Counted from the stretch's first letter, positions 17,702 through 27,494 are shown. The stretch is DNA of 46,899 bases from Acidobacteriota bacterium (GCA_040005235.1 JBDTZG010000045.1:1-46899), one strand, 5' to 3'. Translations and numbers: made by a program. The notes: generated by a model not told the origin, from the letters alone.

Positions 17702-17732
17702 CCGCTGTTTCTTGCGGAGATGCAAGTTTCCG

Positions 17733-18272
17733 CTATCGCCGCCGATCGGTCAAAATGGACAGGTAGCCAACCCACGGCCCGGTTGCCTCCGAGTACCCCT
17801 TAGCCAGGGTTCGCGCGGTCTGCGCCACGTGGTCGAGGTCGTGTACCACCCACGTCGCTAATAGCTGCCCGAGCGTAACCTCACCCAGCTCCGGATGAAG
17901 CCCCTTGCGATCCAGGTCCGCGTCGGCCAGGTTCATTCCGGCCAGCGCCGCGAGGTTTGCCCTACGAAGTTCGGCGAAGGTCGCGAGCAGCTCGCTCAGG
18001 CTCTTGCCTTCGCTCTCCCGGAACATCGCCGTGCGGTCGAACACCTCGAAGGGGCGGGGATCGCCCGCCAGGATGTGGCGTGCGCGCGGAATCCAATCGG
18101 TGCGCTCGCCGTGGATGAGGTGGCCGATCACGTCATAGGGCGACCAGGTGCCTTCGCCTTCCGTTGCTCGGACCCACTTCTCGGATAACCCTTCGAGCCA
18201 GACAGTCAAGGTAGCGGGTGTTCGCCCGAGAAGTGCCACGGCATCGGCCAGGCGAAATTCATTATCTTTCAT
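17733..18272 (-). CDS. DinB family protein
   Basis: WSPYDVIGHLIHGE, HPELGEVTLGQLLATWVVHDLDH. Confidence 0.9.
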   Translation of the reverse strand: MKDNEFRLADAVALLGRTPATLTVWLEGLSEKWVRATEGEGTWSPYDVIGHLIHGERTDWIPRARHILAGDPRPFEVFDRTAMFRESEGKSLSELLATFAELRRANLAALAGMNLADADLDRKGLHPELGEVTLGQLLATWVVHDLDHVAQTARTLAKGYSEATGPWVGYLSILTDRRR

Positions 18273-18290
18273 CAGCTTCCTTTCCAGGTT

Positions 18291-18818
18291 TTAAGAGTCC
18301 TTCCGCCTTCCGCTTCCGTCAAACGAAAAAACCCGCCACGCCTGAGAGCTACCTGGGCGTACGGTTTCCGTAAACTCCCCACCTGTGTACTCTCGGATGA
18401 CGCTCTCCCAGAAACTTTGGCCGTGCCGGTTGCCTTCCGCCACGCGGACGAACCAGCGTCCCGGCAATCGATCCCAGAGAAGGAAGGCCGCCTGGCGCCC
18501 CACTCCGGAGCGGCGGTGGCGGCGCACCACGAAGAACTCAGCCATGTCGAAAACTTGGGGGTCGTCCAAGCCGGGCGAACCCTTGGTGACCAGCGCAAAG
18601 CCCGCCAACTGCGTCCCCAAATGGATGAAGTAAGGAAACCGGCGGTCGGGCTCCGACCAATAGAGCGGAAGCTTCTCGTAGCCGTAGCGCCCTTCGGCCC
18701 CCAACTCCAATCCGAAGGTGTCGCTGAGATCGTGGGCGTAGAGCTCCAGGAGATTCGAGAGGGTCGTCTCATCGCTCAGCGTCGCGAGGTCGAGAACCAC
18801 GACTTCGGGATCTGCCAT
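18291..18818 (-). CDS. GNAT family N-acetyltransferase
   Basis: MAEFFVVRRHRRSGVGRQAA acetyl-CoA binding motif; N...FW. Confidence 0.9.
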   Translation of the reverse strand: MADPEVVVLDLATLSDETTLSNLLELYAHDLSDTFGLELGAEGRYGYEKLPLYWSEPDRRFPYFIHLGTQLAGFALVTKGSPGLDDPQVFDMAEFFVVRRHRRSGVGRQAAFLLWDRLPGRWFVRVAEGNRHGQSFWESVIREYTGGEFTETVRPGSSQAWRVFSFDGSGRRKDS

Positions 18819-18915
18819 AGGGCTTACGATATCCGTTCTCGTAAAATGCCTTGCGAAAGAGTCGGCTTCTCATCCGTACCGGCTCGGCGGTCGTAGGGAC
18901 CGATGGAGGAACCTC

Positions 18916-20046
18916 TTGCTCACCACCCCGCGCCGAATCTCGATCACCGTTCTTCTTGTCCTCGCTCTCGCCGATCTCGGCCTTGTCCCGGCCCACGCCC
19001 ACGAGCTGGGGGCGATCCGGGTGCAGGGAAACTTCGAGCGCAATGGGACCTACAACTTCGAGGTCTCGGCCGACGCCACTCATCCGGTACCCACGATGCC
19101 GGACGGCAAGCCGGCTCCCTTGGTGGCGGTCCGCGGGATCGAAGCGGCGAAGGATCCGGGGGTCGCGGCTTGGCTCCAAGCGGTCGCCGGGGCGGCGGTC
19201 GTTTCGTTCGATGGCCGGCCGGCGCCCTCCGACATTTCGGTCACCCTCCCGCCCGCGGATCCGAACGATCCGTTCGCGACCGCGCCTCGGCCGGTTTTGC
19301 GGATGGCGGGGAAGATTCCGCCCGGCGCCGCGCACGCCAGCTTCCGGGTCGATCTGCCGATCGGGTCGTTTCCCGTTTCGTTTCACAACCCGGGAGACGG
19401 CCAAGCCGTCTATCACTGGCAGGAACCGGGGGCGGAGAGCGAACCTTTCGACGTGGGAAAGATCGCCGAGGTGCCGACCACGCGCGGCGAGGTGATCCGG
19501 CGCTACCTTTGGCTCGGATATACCCACATCCTGCCCAAGGGGCTCGACCACATCCTGTTCGTGCTCGGGCTGTTCCTTCTGTCGCTGCGGCTCAAACCTC
19601 TGCTCGCGCAGATCACCGCCTTCACGGTCGCCCACACCCTGTCGCTCGCACTCGCGATGCTCGGTCTGGTCCACCTTTCACCGCGGATCGTCGAACCGAT
19701 GATCGCGGTGTCGATCGTCTACGTCGCGATCGAAAACGTCTTCGCCAGGGAGCTCAAAAAATCGCGCGTGGCTCTGGTCTTCGCCTTCGGCCTGCTCCAC
19801 GGGCTCGGCTTCGCGGGAGTCCTCTCCGAGCTGGGCCTGCCCCGTTCGGAGTTCGTTCCTGCGTTGCTCTCGTTCAACGTCGGAGTCGAAGGCGGGCAGC
19901 TCACCGTGATCGCGTTGGCGTTCCTGATCGTCGGCGCGTTCCGCCAGCGCTCCTGGTACAAAATGAGGGTCGCCGTCCCCGCTTCGCTCGCGATCGCCGC
20001 GGTCGGGCTGTATTGGGCCGTGACGCGGGCTTTGGGGCTGGGGTAG
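18916..20046 (+). CDS. HupE/UreJ family membrane protein
   Basis: Signal peptide ending AHAHE; HIL..GLDHILF, TAFTVAHTLSL, FGLLHGLGFA, FNVGVEGGQ. Confidence 0.9.
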   Translation: MLTTPRRISITVLLVLALADLGLVPAHAHELGAIRVQGNFERNGTYNFEVSADATHPVPTMPDGKPAPLVAVRGIEAAKDPGVAAWLQAVAGAAVVSFDGRPAPSDISVTLPPADPNDPFATAPRPVLRMAGKIPPGAAHASFRVDLPIGSFPVSFHNPGDGQAVYHWQEPGAESEPFDVGKIAEVPTTRGEVIRRYLWLGYTHILPKGLDHILFVLGLFLLSLRLKPLLAQITAFTVAHTLSLALAMLGLVHLSPRIVEPMIAVSIVYVAIENVFARELKKSRVALVFAFGLLHGLGFAGVLSELGLPRSEFVPALLSFNVGVEGGQLTVIALAFLIVGAFRQRSWYKMRVAVPASLAIAAVGLYWAVTRALGLG

Positions 20047-20092
20047 GGACGCGAGGAGGGGCCGCGGAACGTCCCGCCAGGGACGTCGTAAC

Positions 20093-20117
20093 GTAGCGAG
20101 TGATTTCAATCACTCGC
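20093..20117 (+). repeat. GTAG-type REP palindrome
   Basis: GTAG running into GCGAGTGATT-TC-AATCACTCGC (perfect 10-bp stem) between convergent genes. Confidence 0.65.
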
Positions 20118-20154
20118 GGGCTCACGCGGGCTCACGCGGGCTCACGCGGGCTCG
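20115..20154. repeat. 10-bp tandem repeat (CGCGGGCTCA)x4
   Basis: Directly visible; the last unit ends in G. Confidence 0.9.
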
Positions 20155-20158
20155 ACCC

Positions 20159-21622
20159 TCAATCCTGATGTTCCGGCAACGCCCCGCCCCGCCGCAGATA
20201 GGCGATGAAGTGCCCCAGATGCCGGGAGGTCTCGTCCTTCCCCATCGCGGCCACCAGATCGAACAGCGGCGGGCCGCCGTTCGCTCCGGAAAGGGCGGTG
20301 CGGGTGGGGTGAATCAACACGCTTGGCTTGACTCCGCGCTCTTCGGCGACGGCGCGGAGTGCGGCTTCGAGCGGGTCCTTCCCGAAGGCCTCGACCTCGG
20401 CGAACCGGTCGCGCAGGGCGGCTAGATGTACCGGCAGATCGAGGTCGGCGAGAAACTTCTTGCTCGCCTCCGCGTCGTACGGGATCTCGTCGCGGAAGTA
20501 GCAGACGACCGACTGGACCAGCTCGCGCAGCGTCCGGGCTCGGCTGCGGTGCAGCTCCAGGACGGTAGAAAGCCGCGCGGGGTCGGCGCCGGTCAAGCCT
20601 GCCTCCACCAGGAATGAATCGAGGTGCGGCCGGATCTGATCGAGGGTGGAGGAGCCCATGTACTGGCTGTTCATCCAGAGGAGCTTTTCGCGATCGAAGA
20701 CCGCCGCCGAGGCGTTCAGGCGGTCGACGTCGAAGATCCGGCCCATCTCCTCGCGGGAGACGATCTCGCGATCGTCGCCCGGGCTCCAGCCGAGGAGCGA
20801 CATGTAGTTGTAGAGCGCCTCGGGAAGGATCCCCTCGGCGCGGAACTCCTCGACCGAGGTGGCGCCAAAGCGCTTGGACAGGCGCTTCTTGTCCGGCCCC
20901 AGAATCAGCGGCAGGTGCGCGAAGGTGGGCACTGCGGCGCCGAACGCCTGGAAGAGCGGTACATGCTTCGGCGTGTTCGACAGGTGGTCCTCGCCGCGGA
21001 TGACGTGGGTGATCGTCATGTCGATGTCGTCGCAGACCACCGACATGTGGTAGGTCGGCGAGCCGTCCGAACGGAGCAGGATGAAATCGTCGATCGCCTC
21101 GGGCGGAAAATCCATGTCGCCGCGGACCAGGTCGAAGAAGGTGATGTTCGCGTCCGGCGCGCGGAAGCGGACCACGAAAGTCTGCCCCGCTTCGATCCGG
21201 CGGGCGATCTCGTCCGGGTCCATATGGGCGCAGGTGCGCGGGTAGCGGAAGCTTCCGCCGTGCTTCTGCGCCTCGGCGCGCTGCGCCTCCAGCTCTTCCG
21301 TCGTGCAGAAACAGCGGTACGCCTTGTCGGCGGCGAGCAGCTCGGCCGCGCGCTCGGCGTGGCGCGGCAGGCGCTCGCTCTGAAGGAACGGCCCCTCGTC
21401 CCAGCGAATCCCGGTCCACGACAGAGCGTCCTGAATCTGCCGCGTCATCGCCTCGTCGGAGCGCGCCTTGTCGGTATCCTCGATGCGGAGCACGAACACG
21501 CCGCCGCAATGCAGGCGCAGCAGCTCGTTGTAGATCGCGGTGCGGACGCCGCCGACGTGAAGAAAACCGGTGGGCGAGGGGGCGAAGCGGACCCGAACGG
21601 GACCCGTGACTAGAGTGGCCAT
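20159..21622 (-). CDS. gltX: Glutamate--tRNA ligase
   Basis: RFAPSPTGFLHVGG (HIGH), LRIEDTD, THVIRGEDH, KRLSKR (KMSKS), anticodon-binding domain present. Confidence 0.96.
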   Translation of the reverse strand: MATLVTGPVRVRFAPSPTGFLHVGGVRTAIYNELLRLHCGGVFVLRIEDTDKARSDEAMTRQIQDALSWTGIRWDEGPFLQSERLPRHAERAAELLAADKAYRCFCTTEELEAQRAEAQKHGGSFRYPRTCAHMDPDEIARRIEAGQTFVVRFRAPDANITFFDLVRGDMDFPPEAIDDFILLRSDGSPTYHMSVVCDDIDMTITHVIRGEDHLSNTPKHVPLFQAFGAAVPTFAHLPLILGPDKKRLSKRFGATSVEEFRAEGILPEALYNYMSLLGWSPGDDREIVSREEMGRIFDVDRLNASAAVFDREKLLWMNSQYMGSSTLDQIRPHLDSFLVEAGLTGADPARLSTVLELHRSRARTLRELVQSVVCYFRDEIPYDAEASKKFLADLDLPVHLAALRDRFAEVEAFGKDPLEAALRAVAEERGVKPSVLIHPTRTALSGANGGPPLFDLVAAMGKDETSRHLGHFIAYLRRGGALPEHQD

Positions 21623-21650
21623 ATTGCGGTCCTCGGGAGGGAAACTGAAA

Positions 21651-21743
21651 TGGCGGTGAGGGAGGGATTCGAACCCTCGATCCAGGTTTACCCCGGATAA
21701 CTGCTTAGCAGGCAGCCCTGTTCAGCCACTCCAGCACCTCACC
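21651..21743 (-). tRNA. tRNA-Ser (GCT)
   Basis: GGTGAGG acceptor stem, anticodon loop CT-GCT-AA, long variable arm, GGTTCGAATCC, encoded CCA. Confidence 0.96.
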
Positions 21744-21765
21744 GCGGGGCCCTGCAAGGCGGGGA

Positions 21766-21794
21766 ATTGTATGGCGGCGGGGGGCGGGAGTCAA
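21766..21794 (-). promoter_or_regulatory. Sigma70 promoter for tRNA-Ser(GCT)-gltX
   Basis: TTGACT-17 nt-TACAAT. Confidence 0.8.
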
Positions 21795-21806
21795 AGAAGG
21801 CGCGGC

Positions 21807-21835
21807 TTGACTCTCCGATTTGACAGAACTACCCT
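21807..21835 (+). promoter_or_regulatory. Sigma70 promoter for a probable leaderless transcript of the 21842 ORF
   Basis: TTGACT-17 nt-TACCCT, 6 nt before ATG. Confidence 0.6.
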
Positions 21836-21841
21836 CTAGAA

Positions 21842-22156
21842 ATGATCAACGGCCAGACCCTCCGAACCGTCCTCTTCAAAGAAGGCGACTGGTGGGTCGC
21901 CCAATGTCTCGATGTGGACATCGCCGCCCAGGCGAAGACCGAACGAGAGCTTCGCGACGAGCTGGGTCGTGTTCTGGTGGGTCGAATCCTGGCGGGCGAA
22001 AAGCTGGGCGTCGATCCTTTTGCGACGCTGCCGCCGGCACCGCGCAGGTATTGGGAGATGTTTTTCTCGGCGCAATCCCAGCCCAAGACGATCCTGCCGT
22101 TCCTTGCGGACTCTCTCGCTCGCTCCCTGCCGGAAGTCGAGTTGAGGGCATGCTAG
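21842..22156 (+). CDS. HicB-like (partial RNase H fold) protein
   Basis: VLFKEGDWWVAQCLDVDIAAQAKT.REL matches the HicB N-terminal pattern. Confidence 0.7.
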   Translation: MINGQTLRTVLFKEGDWWVAQCLDVDIAAQAKTERELRDELGRVLVGRILAGEKLGVDPFATLPPAPRRYWEMFFSAQSQPKTILPFLADSLARSLPEVELRAC

Positions 22157-22181
22157 AAATCCCGACCGGGGAGCGAACCGC

Positions 22182-22463
22182 TTGGGAAAACACCCCTGGT
22201 CGCTAACGCTCCGGCAGCTGATTGAGAAAATCGAACGAGAACTGGGCGGTTTGCGAACGCCTCTCTTCGGTGTTGGCCCGCGCGGTCGGTTCGATGTCAC
22301 GTTCGTGTCGCTCTCTCCAGAGACGTTTGCCACGGTCGTCGGCATCGGCTTAGATGATGAGCTGACTCCCTCGGTTATTCGAAGCCTGTGCGTTCAGCTG
22401 GGTATACCCCCTGATCTCTTCGGTCTAGAGCCGGAAGAGCCCTATTTCCCCGACATCAACTGA
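22182..22463 (+). CDS. Hypothetical protein, possible divergent HicA-like partner
   Basis: 93 aa; C-terminal DELTPSVIRSLCVQLGI resembles the HicA final helix; start codon uncertain. Confidence 0.55.
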   Translation: MGKHPWSLTLRQLIEKIERELGGLRTPLFGVGPRGRFDVTFVSLSPETFATVVGIGLDDELTPSVIRSLCVQLGIPPDLFGLEPEEPYFPDIN

Positions 22464-22475
22464 GGATTGAATTCC

Positions 22476-24482
22476 ATGTCCAATACCACCGACCAGCTGG
22501 CGATCAATACCATCCGCTTCCTCTCCGTCGACATGGTCGAGAAGGCCGACTCCGGCCATCCGGGGACGCCCATGGCGCTTGCTCCGCTCGCGTATTGGAT
22601 CTGGACCCGCCATCTGCGCCACTCGCCCGACGAGCCGACCTGGCCGAACCGCGACCGGTTCGTGCTCTCCTGTGGTCACGCTTCGGCACTGATCTACTCG
22701 CTGCTTCATCTCGCCGGCTACGATCTTCCGATCTCGGAATTGGAGCGCTTCCGCCAGCTCGGCTCGAAGACTCCGGGACATCCCGAATACGGCCACACGC
22801 AGGGGCTGGAGACGACCACCGGCCCGCTCGGGCAGGGGATCTCGAACGCGGTGGGCATGGCGATGGCCGAGGAACTTTCCGCGAACGAATTCAACCGCGA
22901 CGGCTTTCCGGTGATCGATTTTCGCACCTGGGTGATCGCTTCCGACGGTGACATGAGCGAAGGGGTGGCGTCCGAGGCGAGCTCTCTCGGCGGCCATCAA
23001 GGGCTCGGCAAGCTGGTGGTCTTCTGGGACGACAACAAGATCTCGATCGACGGCCCGACCTCGCTGTCGTTTACCGAAGACGTGGTCGCCCGCTATGCCG
23101 CCTATGGCTGGCACACCCAACGGGTGGCGGACGGCAACGACCTCGAAGCGATCGAGACGGCGATCGAAGGAGCGCTCGCCGAGACCGCGCGGCCGTCGTT
23201 CATCGCGGTCCGGACGGTGATCGGCTACGGCGCCCCCCACAAGGCCGGCAGCCACGACGCCCACGGGTCGCCCCTCGGAGTGGAAGAGACGAAAGGCGCC
23301 AAGCGCGCGCTCGGCTGGCCCGAGGACGCGAAGTTCCTGGTGCCGGACGAGGCCCGCGAGCCGTTCGCCGCCGCGCGCGAAAACGGCAAGAAGCTGGCGG
23401 CCGAGTGGCGCGAGCTGTTTGGCAACTACGCCGCGGCCCACCCGGAGACGGCGAAGGATTTCTCCGACCGCCTCGCCGGAAACCTCCCCGCCGGCTGGGA
23501 AGAGGCACTGCCCAAGTTCGCGACGACCGACGCGCCGATCGCCACCCGCACGGCCTCGGGCAAGGTGCTCGCGGCGATCGCCCCAAAGCTTCCGCAACTG
23601 ATCGGCGGCTCGGCGGATCTCACGCCTTCGAACAACACCCAAGTAAAAGGATGGAGCGACTTCGAGGCGGGGAACCGCTCCGGCCGCTACCTCCGGTTCG
23701 GCGTCCGCGAGCACGGCATGGGCGCGATCCTGAACGGCATCACGCTGTCGAAGCAGTGGATTCCCTACGCGGGCACGTTCCTGATCTTTTCGGAATACAT
23801 GCGCCCGCCGATCCGCCTCGCCTCGCTGATGGGGATCGGCCCGATCTTCGTCTACACCCACGATTCGATCTTCCTGGGCGAAGACGGCCCGACCCATCAG
23901 CCGATCGAGCAGCTCGCCGCGCTCCGCGCCATCCCGGGACTCACGGTCCTGCGCCCGGCCGACGCGAACGAAACCGCCGAGGCCTGGCGTTTCGCGATCA
24001 ACCACCGCTCCGGCCCGACCGCGCTCGCGCTCACGCGCCAAAACCTTCCGATCCTCGAAGGGACGGTGGCCCACGCGGCGGAAGGGGTGCCGCACGGCGG
24101 GTACGTCGTGGCCGACGCGCCGGAGGGGCAATCTCTCGCGGCGATCCTGCTCGCGACCGGTTCGGAGGTCTCCCTCTGTGTCGAAACCCACCGAGCCCTC
24201 GCGGCCGAAGGGATCGCCACCCGGGTCGTCAGCCTCCCCTCGTGGGAGCTGTTCGCCGCCCAGACGCAGGAGTACCGCGACCTTGTGATTCCGCCCGCGA
24301 TCAAGAAGCGCCTGGCGGTCGAAGCCGCCAGCCCGTTCGGCTGGCACCGCTGGGTGGGAGATGGCGGCGACATTCTGGGGATTGAAGGTTTCGGCTCGTC
24401 GGCCCCCTACAAGGCTCTGGCCGAAAAGTACGGTTTCACGGTCGAGAACGTGACGGCGCGGGTGAAGAAGTTGATCGGATAG
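22476..24482 (+). CDS. tkt: Transketolase
   Basis: [58 protein letters not shown]. Confidence 0.98.
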   Translation: MSNTTDQLAINTIRFLSVDMVEKADSGHPGTPMALAPLAYWIWTRHLRHSPDEPTWPNRDRFVLSCGHASALIYSLLHLAGYDLPISELERFRQLGSKTPGHPEYGHTQGLETTTGPLGQGISNAVGMAMAEELSANEFNRDGFPVIDFRTWVIASDGDMSEGVASEASSLGGHQGLGKLVVFWDDNKISIDGPTSLSFTEDVVARYAAYGWHTQRVADGNDLEAIETAIEGALAETARPSFIAVRTVIGYGAPHKAGSHDAHGSPLGVEETKGAKRALGWPEDAKFLVPDEAREPFAAARENGKKLAAEWRELFGNYAAAHPETAKDFSDRLAGNLPAGWEEALPKFATTDAPIATRTASGKVLAAIAPKLPQLIGGSADLTPSNNTQVKGWSDFEAGNRSGRYLRFGVREHGMGAILNGITLSKQWIPYAGTFLIFSEYMRPPIRLASLMGIGPIFVYTHDSIFLGEDGPTHQPIEQLAALRAIPGLTVLRPADANETAEAWRFAINHRSGPTALALTRQNLPILEGTVAHAAEGVPHGGYVVADAPEGQSLAAILLATGSEVSLCVETHRALAAEGIATRVVSLPSWELFAAQTQEYRDLVIPPAIKKRLAVEAASPFGWHRWVGDGGDILGIEGFGSSAPYKALAEKYGFTVENVTARVKKLIG

Positions 24483-24519
24483 TCGTCAGGCGAGGCGGAG
24501 CGAAGGAGCCAGGCGGCGA

Positions 24520-25416
24520 ATGCATCTATCGGTCGTAGATTTCCACCACGCGGGGGACGCTCCCGAGATCCTCTCCGCGGTCGATGGCTGGGGCTACCGG
24601 AGGTATTGGCTCGGAGAGCATCACTCCAAGTGGCAGTGCCCGAATCCCCTCCTGCTCGGCGCCCTGCTGGCGGCCACGAGCCGAGGAATCCGTCTTGGCA
24701 GCGGCGGCATCTGCCTCGATTACCACAGCCCCTATCGCGTCGCCGAGGACGCGCGGCTGATCGAGTACATGCTTCCGGGATGCTTCGACCTCGGGGTAAC
24801 CCGAGGACTTCCGCTCGACGCCCCGCGCCTCGCGGCCCTACTCAACCGGAAGGAAATAGATCGCGAGGAGCTTCCCGATCACCTCGAGAGGCTCACGGAG
24901 CTTCATGGCCTGGTGACCGGGCGTCTGGCGGAAGAACATCCCTTGAAAGAAGCTCCGCTTTCCTTCGAGCCCGGTCCGCCGATGTGGGTTCTCGGCGCAA
25001 GCTCCCAGACCGCGCGCTGGGCCGCCCGGCACGGCACGGGGTTCTGCGTCTCTCTGCATCACATGCCCGACCGAGCCAAAGTTCGCGCATTGCTCGACGA
25101 GTACCGGCGCGACTTCCTCCCGAGCCCCGAATTCGAGCAGCCCGCCCTGATCGTCCTGGCGAGCGTTCTCGCCGAAGCGGCGGAACCTTCGCCCGAACGG
25201 CTCAACGCGCAAACGGCGTTGGCGGCCCGCGTGACTCCGACGCTCTCGGGATCCATGGAAACCTGCGCTCACGGTCTGGATGAGCTCGCCAAGAGCACGG
25301 GAGTCGACGAGATCATGATCTTGGACCTCCCCGGCCACCGGAAGGACGAGAGGCTCGATGTGTACCAGACGCTCGCGCGGCTGATCGGCCTCCCGCCACG
25401 GAGCGCAGAAGACTAG
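24520..25416 (+). CDS. LLM-class flavin-dependent oxidoreductase (MsnO8-like)
   Basis: GYRRYWLGEHH, IRLGSGG, SPYRVAED, DLGVTRG, MWVLGAS. Confidence 0.88.
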   Translation: MHLSVVDFHHAGDAPEILSAVDGWGYRRYWLGEHHSKWQCPNPLLLGALLAATSRGIRLGSGGICLDYHSPYRVAEDARLIEYMLPGCFDLGVTRGLPLDAPRLAALLNRKEIDREELPDHLERLTELHGLVTGRLAEEHPLKEAPLSFEPGPPMWVLGASSQTARWAARHGTGFCVSLHHMPDRAKVRALLDEYRRDFLPSPEFEQPALIVLASVLAEAAEPSPERLNAQTALAARVTPTLSGSMETCAHGLDELAKSTGVDEIMILDLPGHRKDERLDVYQTLARLIGLPPRSAED

Positions 25417-25556
25417 AGCGAGTTCTCGTTCCCCAAGCGATCGGTAGGGGAACTTTCATCGAGGCTGTAAGGCGGGCGAACTGGAGGGCGAGGAAGATCG
25501 AAGAGTCAGCCGACCCCGCTTTACGCTCCGGAGTCGTCACCTCTCCGGCGGACCCG

Positions 25557-25886
25557 ATGCTCAGCCGGGCGATCGAACGGACCCTGGCGGCTCCCGCCTC
25601 CGAACGCCGCCGCCTGTTCACCGACCTGGTGAGCGAGATCGTGCAGTTCATGGCGGCCCACCCGGAGGAGCGGCCCTGGACCTGCACGCTTTACACCGGA
25701 ACCGACGGCTCCACCCTCTTCCGTGGCGGCGTGGGGCACTCGCTCGTCATTGACCCCGAGGGTCACATCTGGCGGGCACGAAGCTATGAGGATTTCGAAA
25801 CGACCTATCGTTTTGGGGACGGCACCTGCGAGATCGACCAGCTCACGCCGATCTATGCCCAGATGCGCGAGTACCTCGCTCGCTGA
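25557..25886 (+). CDS. Hypothetical protein
   Basis: 109-aa ORF with coding-like codon use; no recognised motif; start uncertain. Confidence 0.6.
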   Translation: MLSRAIERTLAAPASERRRLFTDLVSEIVQFMAAHPEERPWTCTLYTGTDGSTLFRGGVGHSLVIDPEGHIWRARSYEDFETTYRFGDGTCEIDQLTPIYAQMREYLAR

Positions 25887-25945
25887 GCCGCCCTTTTCTG
25901 GGGTCCCGCGCACCCGTCCGTACTGCGGCGACTCGAATTCGGGAC

Positions 25946-25987
25946 CGAGCTCCACCTCAATAGCCCTCGACCTCGGGGTCCCACCCG
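25946..25987. repeat. 42-bp direct repeat, copy 1
   Basis: 41/42 identical to 28132-28173. Confidence 0.92.
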
Positions 25988-26274
25988 AAAACTTTCACCA
26001 TGATCTCGCGGTCGAGCCAAAGTGCGCCAAGGCGCAGGCGCTCCTCGCGCTCTGTGAGGTTCGGTCCGTACTGCGCCCGAATCCGCGCCAGGGCCAGCTG
26101 CTGGACCGCCCGGTTGAGATCGGCGACCCGCTGAAACTCTTCGGCCGGCGTCATCCGCCGATAGCCGGCAAGAAGGATCTCCTCCACGTCCAAGGGAGTG
26201 TCGAGGGACTGGGCAACCGCGCCGCCTGTGGCCGGTGGATTTCCAGCGAGCGGTGCCCGGGGGCTTGTGCGCGT
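25957..26274 (-). CDS. Small helical protein of the type usually paired with a nucleotidyltransferase toxin; no canonical start (ACG after SD), possible pseudogene
   Basis: DT.LDVEEILLAGYRRMTPAE...LALARIRAQY..LTEREERLRL...GWDP; SD GGAGGAG precedes an in-frame ACG at 26274. Confidence 0.55.
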   Translation of the reverse strand, partial: TRTSPRAPLAGNPPATGGAVAQSLDTPLDVEEILLAGYRRMTPAEEFQRVADLNRAVQQLALARIRAQYGPNLTEREERLRLGALWLDREIMVKVFGWDPEVEGY

Positions 26275-26280
26275 TGATCC

Positions 26281-26298
26281 TACTCCTCCAATGGAGTA
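26281..26298. promoter_or_regulatory. Palindromic operator candidate upstream of higBA
   Basis: TACTCC-TCCAAT-GGAGTA, containing CTCCA-A-TGGAG. Confidence 0.45.
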
Positions 26299-26308
26299 GT
26301 CTCTTGAA

Positions 26309-26668
26309 GTGCCCAAGTCAGTGCCCGTGACCGTCGTCGAGACGCCCGAGTTCCTGGCCGTAGCGCGGCGGATCATGGACGACGAGGAGCGCGCCTCGCT
26401 GATTGGCTATCTCGCGCAGAACCCGCTCGCGGGCAACATGGTCCCAGGGACGGGTGGGGTGCGAAAGGTGCGCTGGGCTCTGCAGGGCCGGGGCAAGAGC
26501 GGCGGGGCTCGGGTGATCTACTTCTTTCACAACGAGACTATGCCGCTGTCCGCACTGACCGTTTATGCAAAGAAGGACCGGACGAACCTGAGCCAAGCCG
26601 AACCCAACGACCTTCGCCGGCTGACCGCGCTCTTGGTCACCAGCTACGCGAGGAGAACCAAACGATGA
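26309..26668 (+). CDS. higB: RelE/HigB family toxin
   Basis: VVETPEF, NPLAG..VPGTGGVRKVRW, GRGKSGGARVIYF, YAK. Confidence 0.9.
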   Translation: MPKSVPVTVVETPEFLAVARRIMDDEERASLIGYLAQNPLAGNMVPGTGGVRKVRWALQGRGKSGGARVIYFFHNETMPLSALTVYAKKDRTNLSQAEPNDLRRLTALLVTSYARRTKR

Positions 26669-26964
26669 CGACCAAGTTGGGAGAGAGCATCCGGCGCGGG
26701 CTGGAAGAAGCCATTGCCTATGCCGAGGGAACAGCCGATGCCAGAGGCTACGGCGTCCACATTCCGGAGAGCATCGACGTCAAGGCGATCCGGACGAAGA
26801 TCGGCATGACGCAGGAAGAGTTTGCCGCGCGCTTTGGCTTCAGCATCAACACCCTTCGCCATTGGGAGCAAGGGCGAAGGGTACCGGAAGGGCCGACCCG
26901 CGCTTACCTGCTGGTCATCGACCGGGACCCTAGGGCCGTGCAGAAGGCGCTGCGGGCGGCGTAG
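26665..26964 (+). CDS. higA: HigA-type Xre HTH antitoxin
   Basis: DVKAIRTKIGMTQEEFAARFG..INTLRHWEQGRRVP; ATGA overlap with the toxin. Confidence 0.9.
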   Translation: MTTKLGESIRRGLEEAIAYAEGTADARGYGVHIPESIDVKAIRTKIGMTQEEFAARFGFSINTLRHWEQGRRVPEGPTRAYLLVIDRDPRAVQKALRAA

Positions 26965-27176
26965 GACAGGTTGCCTGTCGGTCCGATGCAACTGCCTACT
27001 TCCCTCGGTAGCGCTCTCGACATTTTTCAATGCATGACTCTTACGAGCCGCAGATAAAGGGGTGCTCGCGGCGGTATTGCGTCCGCCTCTTGGGGCGTTC
27101 CGGTTTCTCCTCGGGGGCTGGCGTAGCGCTACGCGGCCTCGACTTGTGGGTCGTTTGGGTGTACATTTTAGGTGTA

Positions 27177-27491
27177 ATGGAGAGCGCCATGCCCAGCCCT
27201 GTCACAACCCGCAAAGAGCGCATCACCCGCGATGACCGCCTCGGCTTTCGTCTCGACGAGCAGACCAAGGAGCTGATCGAGCGGGCCGCGCAGCTCGAAA
27301 GGCGCAAGGTCAGCGACTATTGCGTGACCGCGATCACAGAGGCCGCGCGCCGGACCGTTGCCCAGCATGAGGGGCTATATCTATCCGAGCGAGACCGGGC
27401 GGCGTTTTTCGATGCGCTGATCCACCCACCCGAGCCGAACGAACGCTTGCTGCGTGGATTTGCCGAGCACAAACGCCGCGTCGGTGAATGA
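27177..27491 (+). CDS. DUF1778 RHH antitoxin (TacA/AtaR-like)
   Basis: RLGFRL..KELIERAA..., LSERDRAAFFDALIHPPEPNERL; alternative start 27189. Confidence 0.9.
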   Translation: MESAMPSPVTTRKERITRDDRLGFRLDEQTKELIERAAQLERRKVSDYCVTAITEAARRTVAQHEGLYLSERDRAAFFDALIHPPEPNERLLRGFAEHKRRVGE

Positions 27492-27494
27492 CGG

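Noticed and set aside
21772-21794. Degenerate tRNA-Ser 3' duplication (att site)
   Set aside because: The weak similarity is better explained as the TTGACT-17-TACAAT promoter of tRNA-Ser(GCT).
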